A model generated the notes under the pieces. It was given only the letters and a program-made list of their open reading frames with translations, was not told where the DNA came from and did not search any database. From Yuukianura sp. NJ FZ-2021 (taxonomy: Eukaryota): 64,000 bases of DNA. The position numbers and the translations under genes are program-made. The DNA is taken from the NCBI GenBank assembly GCA_046563655.1, contig CM102283.1, forward strand, positions 4,216,001 to 4,280,000, in the 5' to 3' direction. Within the stretch, counting starts at the first letter, position 1. Each line of letters opens with the position of its first letter. Positions 45,042 through 57,211 of this stretch are shown in pieces.

Positions 45042-45559
45042 ATACTAATCAAATTTTTTCTTATCTTAACTCTTTTTTGTCAAATAAAAATTGTTCATTC
45101 GATGTAATACCATGTGACCTTTTAGACACTTATTCAATTAGAAAGTATCCCTTACTCCTTTGTTGTAACACGGACGAATCAAATTCTCCTGGACAACATT
45201 GGATTTCAATTTTTAGAAAGTCATCTCAAACTCCGCTAATATTTGTTGATTCTTATGGAATGGGAGCCAACTTTTACAACAAATCTTTTCAAAACTTCGC
45301 CTCTCGTCTCAATACCTACTTTATAGAAAATACACAACGGCTCCAAAGTTTTAACAGTACAGTTTGTGGAGAATATTCAATTTACTTTCTATTTAAACTT
45401 TATTCTTCTTGCTGTTTAATGTCAATTTATTGTAACTTTAATCGTAATACTGTTTTTAATGACTCTAAAGTCAAATACTTTGTTAGAAAAAAACTTGCAT
45501 GTAGAAAATTCAATTCAAATTTTAAAGCTATTCAATGTTGTCAACCTTTTTTGAAATAA
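45038..45559 (+). CDS. Adenain-like cysteine maturation protease
   Basis: NTD....PGQHW, FVDSYG, LQ..NSTVCGEY (His-Asp-Cys triad and Gln); ATGA overlap with the MCP stop. Confidence 0.92.
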   Translation: MNTNQIFSYLNSFLSNKNCSFDVIPCDLLDTYSIRKYPLLLCCNTDESNSPGQHWISIFRKSSQTPLIFVDSYGMGANFYNKSFQNFASRLNTYFIENTQRLQSFNSTVCGEYSIYFLFKLYSSCCLMSIYCNFNRNTVFNDSKVKYFVRKKLACRKFNSNFKAIQCCQPFLK

Positions 45560-45681
45560 AAAACAAAAACAACAAAAATCCAAATCTCTTTTTTTCTTCA
45601 ATGCTTCAAATGCCCCCCCTAAACAAGAGGCTTTTATTTAGTTCTTTTTTTCAAAAAAAAACCAAAAAAGATTAAAATGTT

Positions 45682-46132
45682 TTAGTCGTGTGGGATTCCA
45701 ACTAGTTCAGCTCGAAAAGCTTCCAGTTCGTTCAAACAATTTTGAAGGCACTCAGCCAATTTTGTAACCTCTCCCCTATTTGATCGTAGATAAATGTTGT
45801 TGAGACGGCGCATTACATAGGGAATGTTCCGAACTTCAAAATTAGTCGTCTTTCCAAGCCGCTTCATGTAGACCCAAGTAAATGGATTTCCACGGTACAT
45901 GACCTCACGACTCCACAAGTTTAACTTCCTTTCCTCATCGTCCCACACCGTCAAATCCTCAACCTCTTCAGTCCCTCCTGTAGTAGCAGCAGCAGCAGCA
46001 GCGTTTTCCTTTCCTTCTCCTAACATAGAAACAAAATCAGCTATTAAAAAACATCACAAATACTTTCGAAAAGTTATTTTTTTCCTTACCTCCTGAAGGC
46101 AATTCGGGCGAATTTGGTAGAGCCTGAGCCAT
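45682..46132 (-). CDS. Hypothetical 2-exon protein (exons 46132-46090, 46040-45682)
   Basis: A 49-bp GTAAGG...TAG intron joins MAQALPNSPELPSG in frame to the 114-aa track ORF; TATAAAA upstream. Confidence 0.6.
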
Positions 46133-46329
46133 GGTTAACCGGTTGATGCAAAAGCAGAAAGTGTCGATAGCAGAATGATAAGCTTTATGAACAAAATTTC
46201 CTTCTTTTATACCAAAAAATTCCCACTTCAGCATCACTCCCAAACTCAAACCCCCTCCTCCAAAACCAAATTTTCTTTTTTTGCTGAGGAACATTTGTTC
46301 TAGAACCTGTTAGCTATACTTTTATTCAA

Positions 46330-47925
46330 TCAGTATTCATCCTCTGGGACATGCGGAAGTGGATTGAACATTTGACGATAATCACTTTCAATACCTAACA
46401 ATTCAGAAATAAAATTTTGTTTCACCAAATTATTTTTAAATTCAAATTCCAGTTCAAATCCGTTCAGGACTTCGACTCCCATCCGATCCTCCTCCATATC
46501 TTCAACATCGTGCCAAATTCTTAGCCTCCGTGCACAGCATAAAATACGCCTCCAACACTCCTTGTCAACCACGTAACTTTCCCGAGTACGTTGACTTACC
46601 CCACTAATTAACAATACCTTCAGTTGGTCAACTTCAGTTAAAATATGAATGAAGACTTCGTGATCGATTCCACAATTGAAATCAATTGGACTTCCAATTC
46701 GATCTAATTTTAAATAGTACAAATATTTAAGTCCTGAAAGGCTCTGCATTAAATCCCTTCGAGCAATACTACAACCTTTCAATTCTAAAAACTGAAGAGA
46801 TTCAGGAAGTGTAGGCGTAAATGTTATCCGGTTATACGGTTCAAACCCCCCTTCACCTAATCTAAACCTACTAAGTACATGAGGCAAAACTTCTAAGGTT
46901 AACTCTCTCAAGTTTATCATTTGAGAGAGTTCTACAATTCTAAAGGGTCCCCTCGGCGTAATTGTAATATTACTTAGATCTAATACCTTCAAAGAAGTTA
47001 GGCTTCTTTCTACAATAGTAGTTACACGATTTAAACTTAGTACATCTAATTCTATTCTAATAGTTTCAAAAGAATTTGGAATTCTGCAAAGGTTCCACAA
47101 TATAGACACCATACTTGGATGAAAATAGTACAGAGGGGCACATACTACGGAAATATTTTTCAAATTTGGAAAACTACAATTAATTGTACCATCAAAGGTA
47201 CAAGGAGGACAGTAAAATGGAGGAGGTTCACACTCGACCTCAATTGTAACTAAAGTCGTACGATTATTACTAATAAACTCAAAAAAGTTACGAATACATT
47301 TTTCGGAAAACGGGTGGTTGATGGAAAATCGCTGTAGATTTGGAAAACAAATACTTTTACCCAGAAACTTAGCAACAGGGCCACCTACAAGTTGGTTATG
47401 TCTTGTGTCAATAAAGTTAGACTTAAATTCTAAACTAGTTAACTTATTTAAACCAAAGCACATTCGGTCCAAAATTCCCTGGTCCAACTCTTCAACAAAC
47501 ATTAGAAATAAAAATTTAACTGAATTTACCATTGAACATATTTCTAAAGCTTCTCTAATACAATCTTGGGACACTGGTCCTGAAAATAAAATACTTTTTA
47601 CGAGATGTGGATACATCAATGGCGGTAAAAGTGGCTTCTCTGTTGAAGACAACTGCAGAAATTTGATTTTTCTGAATTTGAAAAAATCAAGCGTCGACGG
47701 GTCTGGGTGAAACATTGTCCACATTCCCACAGCGTCTATTGCGTCTTGCCACGTTTTTGAAACGGACCTCATTGTTTTAAGATCCTCATTTTCCAAAAAC
47801 GACAGAATACCTTCACAAACCTTCATCAACAAAAACAAACAAGAATAAAAGTATCCTTAACTGAAATAGGATTATGCTCTTTTTCAAAAGAAATGTACCT
47901 CCAATGGCAAATCTCCCAAACTCAT
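46330..47925 (-). CDS. F-box plus leucine-rich-repeat protein, 2 exons (47925-47899, 47820-46330)
   Basis: Splicing a 78-bp GT-AG intron gives MSLGDLPLEVCEGILSFLENEDLKTMRSVSKTW (F-box), followed by LxxLxL repeats (LKVLDLS, LRELTLE, LQFLELK, LYYLKLD). Confidence 0.85.
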
Positions 47926-48637
47926 TTTATTGTTTAAAAGAAATTTTGTTAACTCGAAGATGCAGTCAAAAAACAAAATGTGAAAACACACTGAGTTCAA
48001 ATCCCAAACAGGTAGCTCCTTTTATTCTGCAAACAGACTCAGCTCAAATCCCAATTTAATTCAAAGAAACAACCAAAGAAAAAGTTTCTGCCTAAATCCA
48101 AAAACTGATATCAATTTTCAATAAAAACTAAGTCTTCGTATGGAGATAATGGTGGGGAGTCCAGACTCATTAGGGCGGGGGGAGCGTCATTAGTAGACTT
48201 TGTGTCTTAAACTCAATTTTTTTCAAGAAAAATATGTTACAAACGCTTTTTCAAAACCCAACGTGTTTTCTGTTTTTAGTGTTTTTAATATAGAAAAAAT
48301 AACATTTACTTAGATTTTTTAAAGAAAGAGCAAATTTTCATTTTGGAATTCAATTCTTGAAGTACAAATCAATTCCGCAAAACTTTGAGCTAGGGGGCAG
48401 AGATTATTTGAATTAGTCGGTCGTTAATTAGTTTTGGGAGCATCAAAACCTAGATCCATTATTTTTCCGAATGTCCAATTTTTTCTGGAAAGGGAAGGGG
48501 GGGGGGGCAAAAGATCATCGATGATTATTTACAAATTTTGAAAAACTTTGTCAACATGTTTCTAAATGTTTCTAAACGTTGAACGTTTCTTTTTGATTAA
48601 AAAATAATGCATTTTACTAATTCTCAAATCCGTTGAA

Positions 48638-49196
48638 CTAATTGCAGTGGTAACCTTCTACTTTTTGTGTCCTCTTGCTACCAAACCCTCTCCTAGCTTG
48701 GAAATCATCCAAATCTTCTACCACCTACAATTGCAATTTTGAAAATGTAGTGTGATATTTGAAGCCACAAAATTACAAAAAACAAACGTAATCACAGAAT
48801 ATTACATACCGCAGAAAGAATCCCATTTCCATTGGTTCCAAGTCGTCTCCCCGGTTTCCAACCCATTCTCTTCATTATTTTTAGTACAACTTTACTAATA
48901 CAGGCAGGACTAGAAAATTTTATTCAAATTAAAAATTAGTTCACATTGAACTTGAAAAAGAATTTCAATTTTGAAAGAACATTTAAGTTTAAAATTATAG
49001 GAATGACTTACATGTTTAACACACTAAAAAAACTAAGCACAAATGAGTTGTAATTTGTGGCAGCTACACTGTCTTCCGATTCCTTAATGAAAACTGTGAA
49101 GTTTTTCTCCAAAAAATCATACACTTTGTGACCCTTCGGGAAACGTTTTTCAAAATTTTCTAGATTAAAATTGTGACACACTGACAAATTTTCCAT
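48638..49196 (-). CDS. 3-exon G-patch domain protein, about 123 aa (exons 49196-49012, 48909-48810, 48724-48638)
   Basis: GT-AG introns in frame; product contains VLKIMKRMGWKPGRRLGTNGNGILSAV...RRGFG; paralog of 32210-32838. Confidence 0.82.
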
Positions 49197-49759
49197 TTTT
49201 TCAGGGCTGAACTTTTGTTCTAGACACCCCTAGTTAGAAACTGATTTTACAAATCTATTTAGAACTGCAACTTTGTCTTCAGAACTGATTTGTATAGACA
49301 AAGTAGCTACATAAAATAATTTTTTGCAAATCCATTGATCGAGTTTGCAAACATCAAACAGTGTCAACTTTGACATTCTATGTCAAGTCGAGACAAAAGA
49401 TTTATTGCTTTTCCCATTTGAAGGGAACCCCATTAATTTAATGTGGAGATTCTCTCACTTCTTCTCACAGTTCTCAAATCTCACACATCTAATACCAAGT
49501 CAAAAAAATCAGTTCCAAACCATACATGTATTGTTTCATATACAAAATAAATCGACATACGTCAGAACTTATTTCTAGTTTTTCAAAAAAGTCAAACATT
49601 GTATTTTCATCAATACATCCTTTTTCAAAAAACTTCTGTCATTTCAATTGGAAAGGGTGGGGGGGGGACAATTAGGGGTGTCATTTCATCTCATGAGCAA
49701 ATCCTCTCTTCACATTTCTTGTGTGTAGAGTCTTCAGCTAGAGATTGTTTTGGTCCAAG

Positions 49760-50040
49760 TGGAGGGAGGGGGATGGGGAGTGGGGGTTGCATGTCATTCC
49801 CACTGACCCACTTCAGATTTCCAGCATAAAGCACGAATCAGCCAGCAGAACTGAGATGGAATTCTCCCATCTCGGTTCTACTAGCTAAACTAAGGTTCAG
49901 GGGGGGGACACGGGGAGTGGGGGATGCATTTCATTCCCACCGACCTACTTCAGATTTCCAGCATAAAACACAAAGCAGCCAGCAGAACTGAGATGGAATT
50001 CTCCCATCTCGGTTCTACTAGCTAAACTGAGGTTATTACT
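49760..50040 (-). repeat. Polinton right TIR core
   Basis: Reverse complement of the left end with scattered mismatches. Confidence 0.92.
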
Positions 50041-50046
50041 CTTGTG

Positions 50047-50190
50047 ACATGTATCATGTCACAAGGCATGACACTAAGACAGGCTTTTTAGCCTGTAAGA
50101 CTCGGAGAAAGAAAGAATTTTGATTTAATTAGTGGAGGGGTTGACCAAGGTCAAGCGGCTATTGGCTTGACCTTGTCAATTCCTCCAACA
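50047..50190 (-). repeat. BEL/Pao 5' LTR, right part
   Basis: Last 144 bp of the LTR (302+144=446), followed by TSD CACCG. Confidence 0.94.
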
Positions 50191-53100
50191 CACCGGGAGG
50201 TAAATATGGAATTCATCTCGTTGTTATTTGTTGGGCAATATTTACTTTACACTGTCGGCAAGCCTTAAAAAAAGACCGCTGTAACGAGCCAAATGCAAGG
50301 GGCTATTGACAACTACAGTAGGTCTCCATGTGGTCAGATGATGATGTGGTTATTTAGAGACATTTTGTAACATTTTGTGACATTCGACGACAAATAGCGA
50401 CAAATGTTGAAGTTAAGTTAATTTGACAAACATGCTTCTGTGAGCTTATGTTTGACGAGATTTACTCGACACGCGTTTCGTGATGTAAGCCGTTCGAAAA
50501 ACCACCTTGAGATGAAGAATAGGAAGCGTTCTGTTTATTTCACCGGGAGGTAAATATGGAATTCATTTCGTTGTTATTTGTTGGGCAATATTTACTTTAC
50601 ACTGTCGGCACGCCTAAAAAGAAGACCGCTGTCACGAGCCAAATGCTATGGGCAAATGACAACTTCAGTGGGTCTCCTTGCGGTCAGATAATGATGTGGT
50701 TATTTAGAGACATTTTGTAACATTTTGTGACATTCGACGACAAAAAACGACAAATGTTAAAGTTCAGTTAATTTGACAAACATGCTTCTGTGAGCTTATG
50801 TTTGACGAAATTTACTCGACACACGTCTCTTGAGGTAAGTGGTTCGATAAACCACCTTGAGATGAAGAATAGGAAGCGTTATGTTTATTTGACCTGGAGT
50901 AAACAGGGAATTCATCTCGTTGTTATTTGTTTTCCAATATTTACTTTATAGTGCCGGCACGCCTAAAAAGAAGAACGCTGTCACGAGCCAAATGCTATGG
51001 GCAATTGACAACTTCAGTGGGTCTCCTTGCGGTCAGATAATGATGTGGTTATTTAGAGACATTTTGTAACATTTTGTGACATTCGACGACGAAAAACGAC
51101 AAATGTTGAAGTTCAGTTAATTTGACAAACATGCTTCTGTGGGCTTATGTTTGACGAGATTTACTCGACACGCGTTTCGTGAGGTAAGCCGTTCGAAAAA
51201 CCACCTTGAGATGAAGATTAGGAAGCGTTCTGTTTATTTGACCGTGAGGTAAACAGGGAATTCATCTCGTTCTTATTTGTTGGGCAATATTTACTTTACA
51301 CTATCGGCAAGCCTTAAAAAAAGACCGCTGTAACGAGCCAAATGCAAGGGGCTATTGACAACTACAGTAGGTCTCCATGTGGTCAGATAATGATGTGGTT
51401 ATTTAGAGACATTTTGTAACATTTTGTGACATTCGACGACAAAAAAACGACAAATGTTGAAGTTCAGTTAATTTGACAAACATGCTTCTGTGAGCTTATG
51501 TTTGACCAGATTTACTCGACACACGTCTCTTGAGGTAAGTGGTTCGATAAACCACCTTGAGATGAAGAATAGGAAGCGTTATGTTTATTTGACCGGGAGT
51601 AAACAGGGAATTCATCTCGTTGTTATTTGTTGGGCAATATTTACTTTATAGTGTCGGCACGCCTTAAAAAAAGACCGCTGTAACGAGCCAAATACAAGGT
51701 GCTATTGACAACTACAGTAGGTCTCCATGCGGTCAGATAATGATGTGGTTATTTAGAGACATTTTGTACCATTTTGTGACATTCGACGACAAAAAACGAC
51801 AAATGTTGAACTTTAGTTATTTCGACAAACATGCTTCTGTGGGCTTATGTTTGACGAGATTTACTCGACACGCGTTTCTTGAGGTAAGCAGTTCGAAAAA
51901 CCACCATGAGATGAAGAATAGGAAGCGTTCTGTTTATTTGACCGGGAAGTAAACAGGGAATTCATCTCGTTGTTATTTGTTGGGCAATATTTACTTTATA
52001 GTGTCGGCAAGCCTTAAAAAAGACCGCTGTAACGAGCCAAATGCAAGGTGCTATTGACAACTACAGTAGGTCTCCATGCGGTCAGATAATGATGTGGTTA
52101 TTTAGAGACATTTTGTAACATTTTGTGACATTCGACGACAAAAAACGACAAATGTTGAAGTTCAGTTAATTTGACAAACATGCTTCTGTGGGCTTATGTT
52201 TGACGAGATTTACTCGACACACGTTTCTTGAGGTAAGCAGTTCGAAAAACCACCATGAGATGAAGAATAGGAAGCGTTCTGTTTATTTGACCGTGAGGTA
52301 AACAGGGAATTCATCTCGTTCTTATTTGTTGGGCAATATTTACTTTACACTATCGGCAAGCCTTAAAAAAAGACCGCTGTAACGAGCCAAATGCAAGGGG
52401 CTATTGACAACTACAGTAGGTCTCCATGTGGTCAGATAATGATGTGGTTATTTAGAGACATTTTGTAACATTTTGTGACATTCGACGACAAAAAAACGAC
52501 AAATGTTGAAGTTCAGTTAATTTGACAAACATGCTTCTGTGAGCTTATGTTTGACCAGATTTACTCGACACACGTCTCTTGAGGTAAGTGGTTCGATAAA
52601 CCACCTTGAGATGAAGAATAGGAAGCGTTATGTTTATTTGACCGGGAGTAAACAGGGAATTCATCTCGTTGTTATTTGTTGGGCAATATTTACTTTATAG
52701 TGTCGGCACGCCTTAAAAAAAGACCGCTGTAACGAGCCAAATACAAGGTGCTATTGACAACTACAGTAGGTCTCCATGCGGTCAGATAATGATGTGGTTA
52801 TTTAGAGACATTTTGTACCATTTTGTGACATTCGACGACAAAAAACGACAAATGTTGAACTTTAGTTATTTCGACAAACATGCTTCTGTGGGCTTATGTT
52901 TGACGAGATTTACTCGACACGCGTTTCTTGAGGTAAGCAGTTCGAAAAACCACCATGAGATGAAGAATAGGAAGCGTTCTGTTTATTTGACCGGGAAGTA
53001 AACAGGGAATTCATCTCGTTGTTATTTGTTGGGCAATATTTACTTTATAGTGTCGGCAAGCCTTAAAAAAGACCGCTGTAACGAGCCAAATGCAAGGTGC

Positions 53101-54901
53101 TATTGACAACTACAGTAGGTCTCCATGCGGTCAGATAATGATGTGGTTATTTAGAGACATTTTGTAACATTTTGTGACATTCGACGACAAAAAACGACAA
53201 ATGTTGAAGTTCAGTTAATTTGACAAACATGCTTCTGTGAGCTTATGTTTGACGAGATTTACTCGACACGCGTTTCGTGATGTAAGCCGTTCGAAAAACC
53301 ACCTTGAGATGAAGAATAGGAAGCGTTCTGTTTATTTCACCGGGAGGTAAATATGGAATTCATCTCGTTGTTATTTGTTGGGCAATATTTACTTTACACT
53401 GTCGGCACGCCTAAAAAGAAGACCGCTGTCACGAGCCAAATGCTATGGGCAATTGACAACTTCAGTGGGTCTCCTTGCGGTCAGATAATGATGTGGTTAT
53501 TTAGAGACATTTTGTAACATTTTGTGACATTCGACGACAAAAAACGACAAATGTTGAAGTTCAGTTAATTTGACAAACATGCTTCTGTGAGCTTATGTTT
53601 GACGAGATTTACTCGACACACGTCTCTTGAGGTAAGTGGTTCGATAAACCACCTTGAGATGAAGAATAGGAAGCGTTATGTTTATTTGACCGGGAGTAAA
53701 CAGGGAATTCATCTCGTTGTTATTTGTTTTCCAATATTTACTTTATAGTGTCGGCACGCCTAAAAAAAAGACCGCTGTCACGAGCCAAATGCTATGGGCA
53801 ATTGACAACTACAGTGGGTCTCCTTGCGGTCAGATAATGATGTGGTTATTTAGAGACATTTTGTACCATTTTGTGACATTCGACGACAAAAAACGACAAA
53901 TGTTGAACTTTAGTTAATTCGACAAACATGCTTCTGTGGGCTTATGTTTGACGAGATTTACTCGACACGCGTTTCTTGAGGTAAGCAGTTCGAAAAACCA
54001 CCATGAGATGAAGAATAGGAAGCGTTCTGTTTATTTGACCGGGAAGTAAACAGGGAATTCATCTCGTTGTTATTTGTTTTCCAATATTTACTTTATAGTG
54101 TCGGCACGCCTAAAAAAAAGACCGCTGTCACGAGCCAAATGCTATGGGCAATTGACAACTACAGTGGGTCTCCTTGCGGTCAGATAATGATGTGGTTATT
54201 TAGAGACATTTTGTACCATTTTGTGACATTCGACGACAAAAAACGACAAATGTTGAACTTTAGTTAATTCGACAAACATGCTTCTGTGGGCTTATGTTTG
54301 ACGAGATTTACTCGACACACGTTTCTTGAGGTAAGCAGTTCGAAAAACCACCATGAGATGAAGAATAGGAAGCGTTCTGTTTATTTGACCGGGAAGTAAA
54401 CAGGGAATTCTTCTCGTTGTTATTTGTTGGGCAATATTTACTTTATAGTGTCGGCACGCCTTAAAAAAAGACCGCTGTAACGAGCCAAATGCAAGGGGCT
54501 ATTGACAACTACAGTAGGTCTCCATGCGGTCAGATAATGATGTGGTTATTTAGAGACATTTTGTAACATTTTGTGACATTCGACGACAAAAAACGACAAA
54601 TGTTGAAGTTCAGTTAATTTGACAAATATGCTTCTGTGAGCTTATGTTTGACGAGATTTACTCGACACACGTCTCTTGAGGTAAGTGGTTCGATAAACCA
54701 CCTTGAGATGAAGAATAGGAAGCGTTATGTTTATTTGACCGGGAGTAAACAGGGAATTCATCTCGTTGTTATTTGTTTTCCAATATTTACTTTATACTGT
54801 CGGCACGCCTAAAAAGAAGACCGCTGTCACGAGCTACATGCTAGGAGCAATTGACAACTACAGTGGGTCTCCATGTGGTCAGATAATGATGTGGTTATTT
54901 A
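50191..54901. repeat. 350-bp satellite array, segment 3
   Basis: Resumes in register after the TSD; includes a 1049-bp (3-mer) duplication. Confidence 0.96.
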
Positions 54902-56159
54902 CCCTTTTCGCGACGGGTAACCCAAAAAGTGGCTTTGGCTTGCTCGTACTCACAGACGGGATCGACAGAACCAAAGTGTGTTTTCTGGACGGGCGACCCA
55001 GAAAGGGGTTTTTGTTCCTGTGCATACCTGGACGGGAGTCCCAAAATAGGGTTTTCATATGTTTAAGCCAACTTATTGCTTTTCGCTTTTGTCTTACTCT
55101 TTGCTTATCACTACCATCGTGTAGCCCCATCTGTTGTGATAATTTTTTGTTTTTACGCTGTTCCAAAATTCCAATGTCTTCTCATTCAATATTGGAGTTG
55201 AATATATTTTGTGCTTTTTCTGGATAGATTTTGATCGTTTCGGTCTCTGTAATTAATTCTGGATCCGAATTGTTTTTACGGGACCAAAATCAATTCTTGA
55301 GATAATTTAATAACATATAATATAAATCTTATTAAGTTATGGTATTAGTGCTTCAAGTTCGGACCCGAAATGAAAAGTTCGAACTTCGAACCTTAAGTTC
55401 TAACTTCTTCACAAGGAGTTCGAACTTTCGAACCTTTTTTAACAGGCAAAAAGCAATGGTCAGTGAAAAAAAAAGTGAACGCGATCATTTTAGCAAGTCA
55501 CATTTGAAATGTGTTTTCCTCTGTATATGTATTCTTTTTCAGACAATGACTTTAAAAAATGGTTTAAATTTAAGAAAAACTTATTCTTGTGGCAATGTGC
55601 TAGGACTTTGGTTGAAATCCATATGTTGCTGGATATTTTGCCTATATTGACCTATAGATTCGAACTCTTTTGGCTGAGGTTCGAACTTCGAACCGGGAAA
55701 AATAGTCGAGTTCGAGTTCGAAAGTTCAAACTTGAAGCACTATATGGTATATATATTATGTTATTATATAATATAATAATAATAAAATGCTATTATATTA
55801 TATGCTTATTTTATAACTTTATTTTTTATTACATACTATATATGTAATATGTAGTATATTATGTAATATTATATAACATATATAATATTATAAGCTATAT
55901 AATATAATATAACGTATAATATTATTTAATATTATACAATAGATAATAATATTATTTAATAAATATACAGATTGAAATGGGATATTCGATTTATGGGCAG
56001 AGACTGTAATGAGATTTGTTGCTTAGAAAAAGAGGCCCCGTCTGGTGGAATCAGTCTACGATTTGTTTACCCGTCTGACACGCCCGAGTAGGGAGAACCC
56101 CAGAATGGGTCCCCCGTCTAACAAACGCACTCGGTGCTAATGACCTTGTCGCGAAAAGG
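54902..56159. mobile_element. Non-autonomous TIR DNA transposon, copy 1 (superfamily uncertain)
   Basis: CCTTTTCGCGAC...GTCGCGAAAAGG inverted ends; TTA duplicated from the satellite. Confidence 0.8.
55346..55742. mobile_element. hAT-type MITE, 397 bp, nested, copy 1
   Basis: TIR TAGTGCTTCAAGTT; 8-bp TSD TATGGTAT (55338-55345, 55743-55750); subterminal TTCGAA repeats. Confidence 0.85.
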
Positions 56160-57211
56160 TTAGAGACATTTTGTAACATTTTGTGACATTCGACGACAAA
56201 AAACGACAAATGTTGAAGTTCAGTTAATTTGACAAACATGCTTCTGTGAGCTTATGTTTGACGAGATTTACTCGACACATGTCTCTTGAGATAAGCGGTT
56301 CGAAAAACCACCTTGAGATGAAGAATAGGAAGCGTTCTGTTTATTTCACCGGGAGGTAAATATGGAATTCATCTCGTTGTTATTTGTTGGGCAATATTTA
56401 CTTTACACTGTCGGCAAGCCTTAAAAAAAGACCGCTGTAACGAGCCAAATGCAAGGGGCCATTGACAACTACAGTAGGTCTAAATGCGGTCAGATTATGT
56501 TGTGGTTATTTAGAGACATTTTGTACCATTTTGTGACATTCGACGACAAAAAACGACAAATGTTGAACTTTAGTTAATTCGACAAACATGCTTCTGTGGG
56601 CTTATGTTTGACGAGATTTACTCGACACACGTTTCTTGAGGTAAGCAGTTCGAAAAACCACCATGAGATGAAGAATAGGAAGCGTTCTGTTTATTTGACC
56701 GGGAAGTAAACAGGGAATTCTTCTCGTTGTTATTTGTTGGGCAATATTTACTTTATAGTGTCGGCACGCCTTAAAAAAAGACCGCTGTAACGAGCCAAAT
56801 GCAAGGGGCTATTGACAACTACAGTAGGTCTCCATGCGGTCAGATAATGATGTGGTTATTTAGAGACATTTTGTAACATTTTGTGACATTCGACGACAAA
56901 AAACGACAAATGTTGAAGTTCAGTTAATTTGACAAACATGCTTCTGTGAGCTTATGTTTGACGAGATTTACTCGACACACGTCTCTTGAGGTAAGTGGTT
57001 CGATAAACCACCTTGAGATGAAGAATAGGAAGCGTTATGTTTATTTGACCGGGAGTAAACAGGGAATTCATCTCGTTGTTATTTGTTTTCCAATATTTAC
57101 TTTATACTGTCGGCACGCCTAAAAAGAAGACCGCTGTCACGAGCTACATGCTAGGAGCAATTGACAACTACAGTGGGTCTCCATGTGGTCAGATAATGAT
57201 GTGGTTATTTA
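56160..57211. repeat. Satellite, 3 monomers
   Basis: 350-bp monomers. Confidence 0.93.

Larger units (their letters stand above)
31443..50040. mobile_element. Complete Polinton/Maverick (polintovirus/adintovirus-like), 18,598 bp
   Basis: AGTAATAACC...GGTTATTACT termini, TIRs, 6-bp TSD CTTGTG (31437-31442, 50041-50046), and full core gene set. Confidence 0.97.
20327..50190 (-). mobile_element. BEL/Pao LTR retrotransposon with both LTRs and nested TRIM, LINE and Polinton
   Basis: 5-bp TSD CACCG at 20322-20326 and 50191-50195; two 446-bp LTRs; gag-PR-RT-RH-IN order. Confidence 0.95.
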
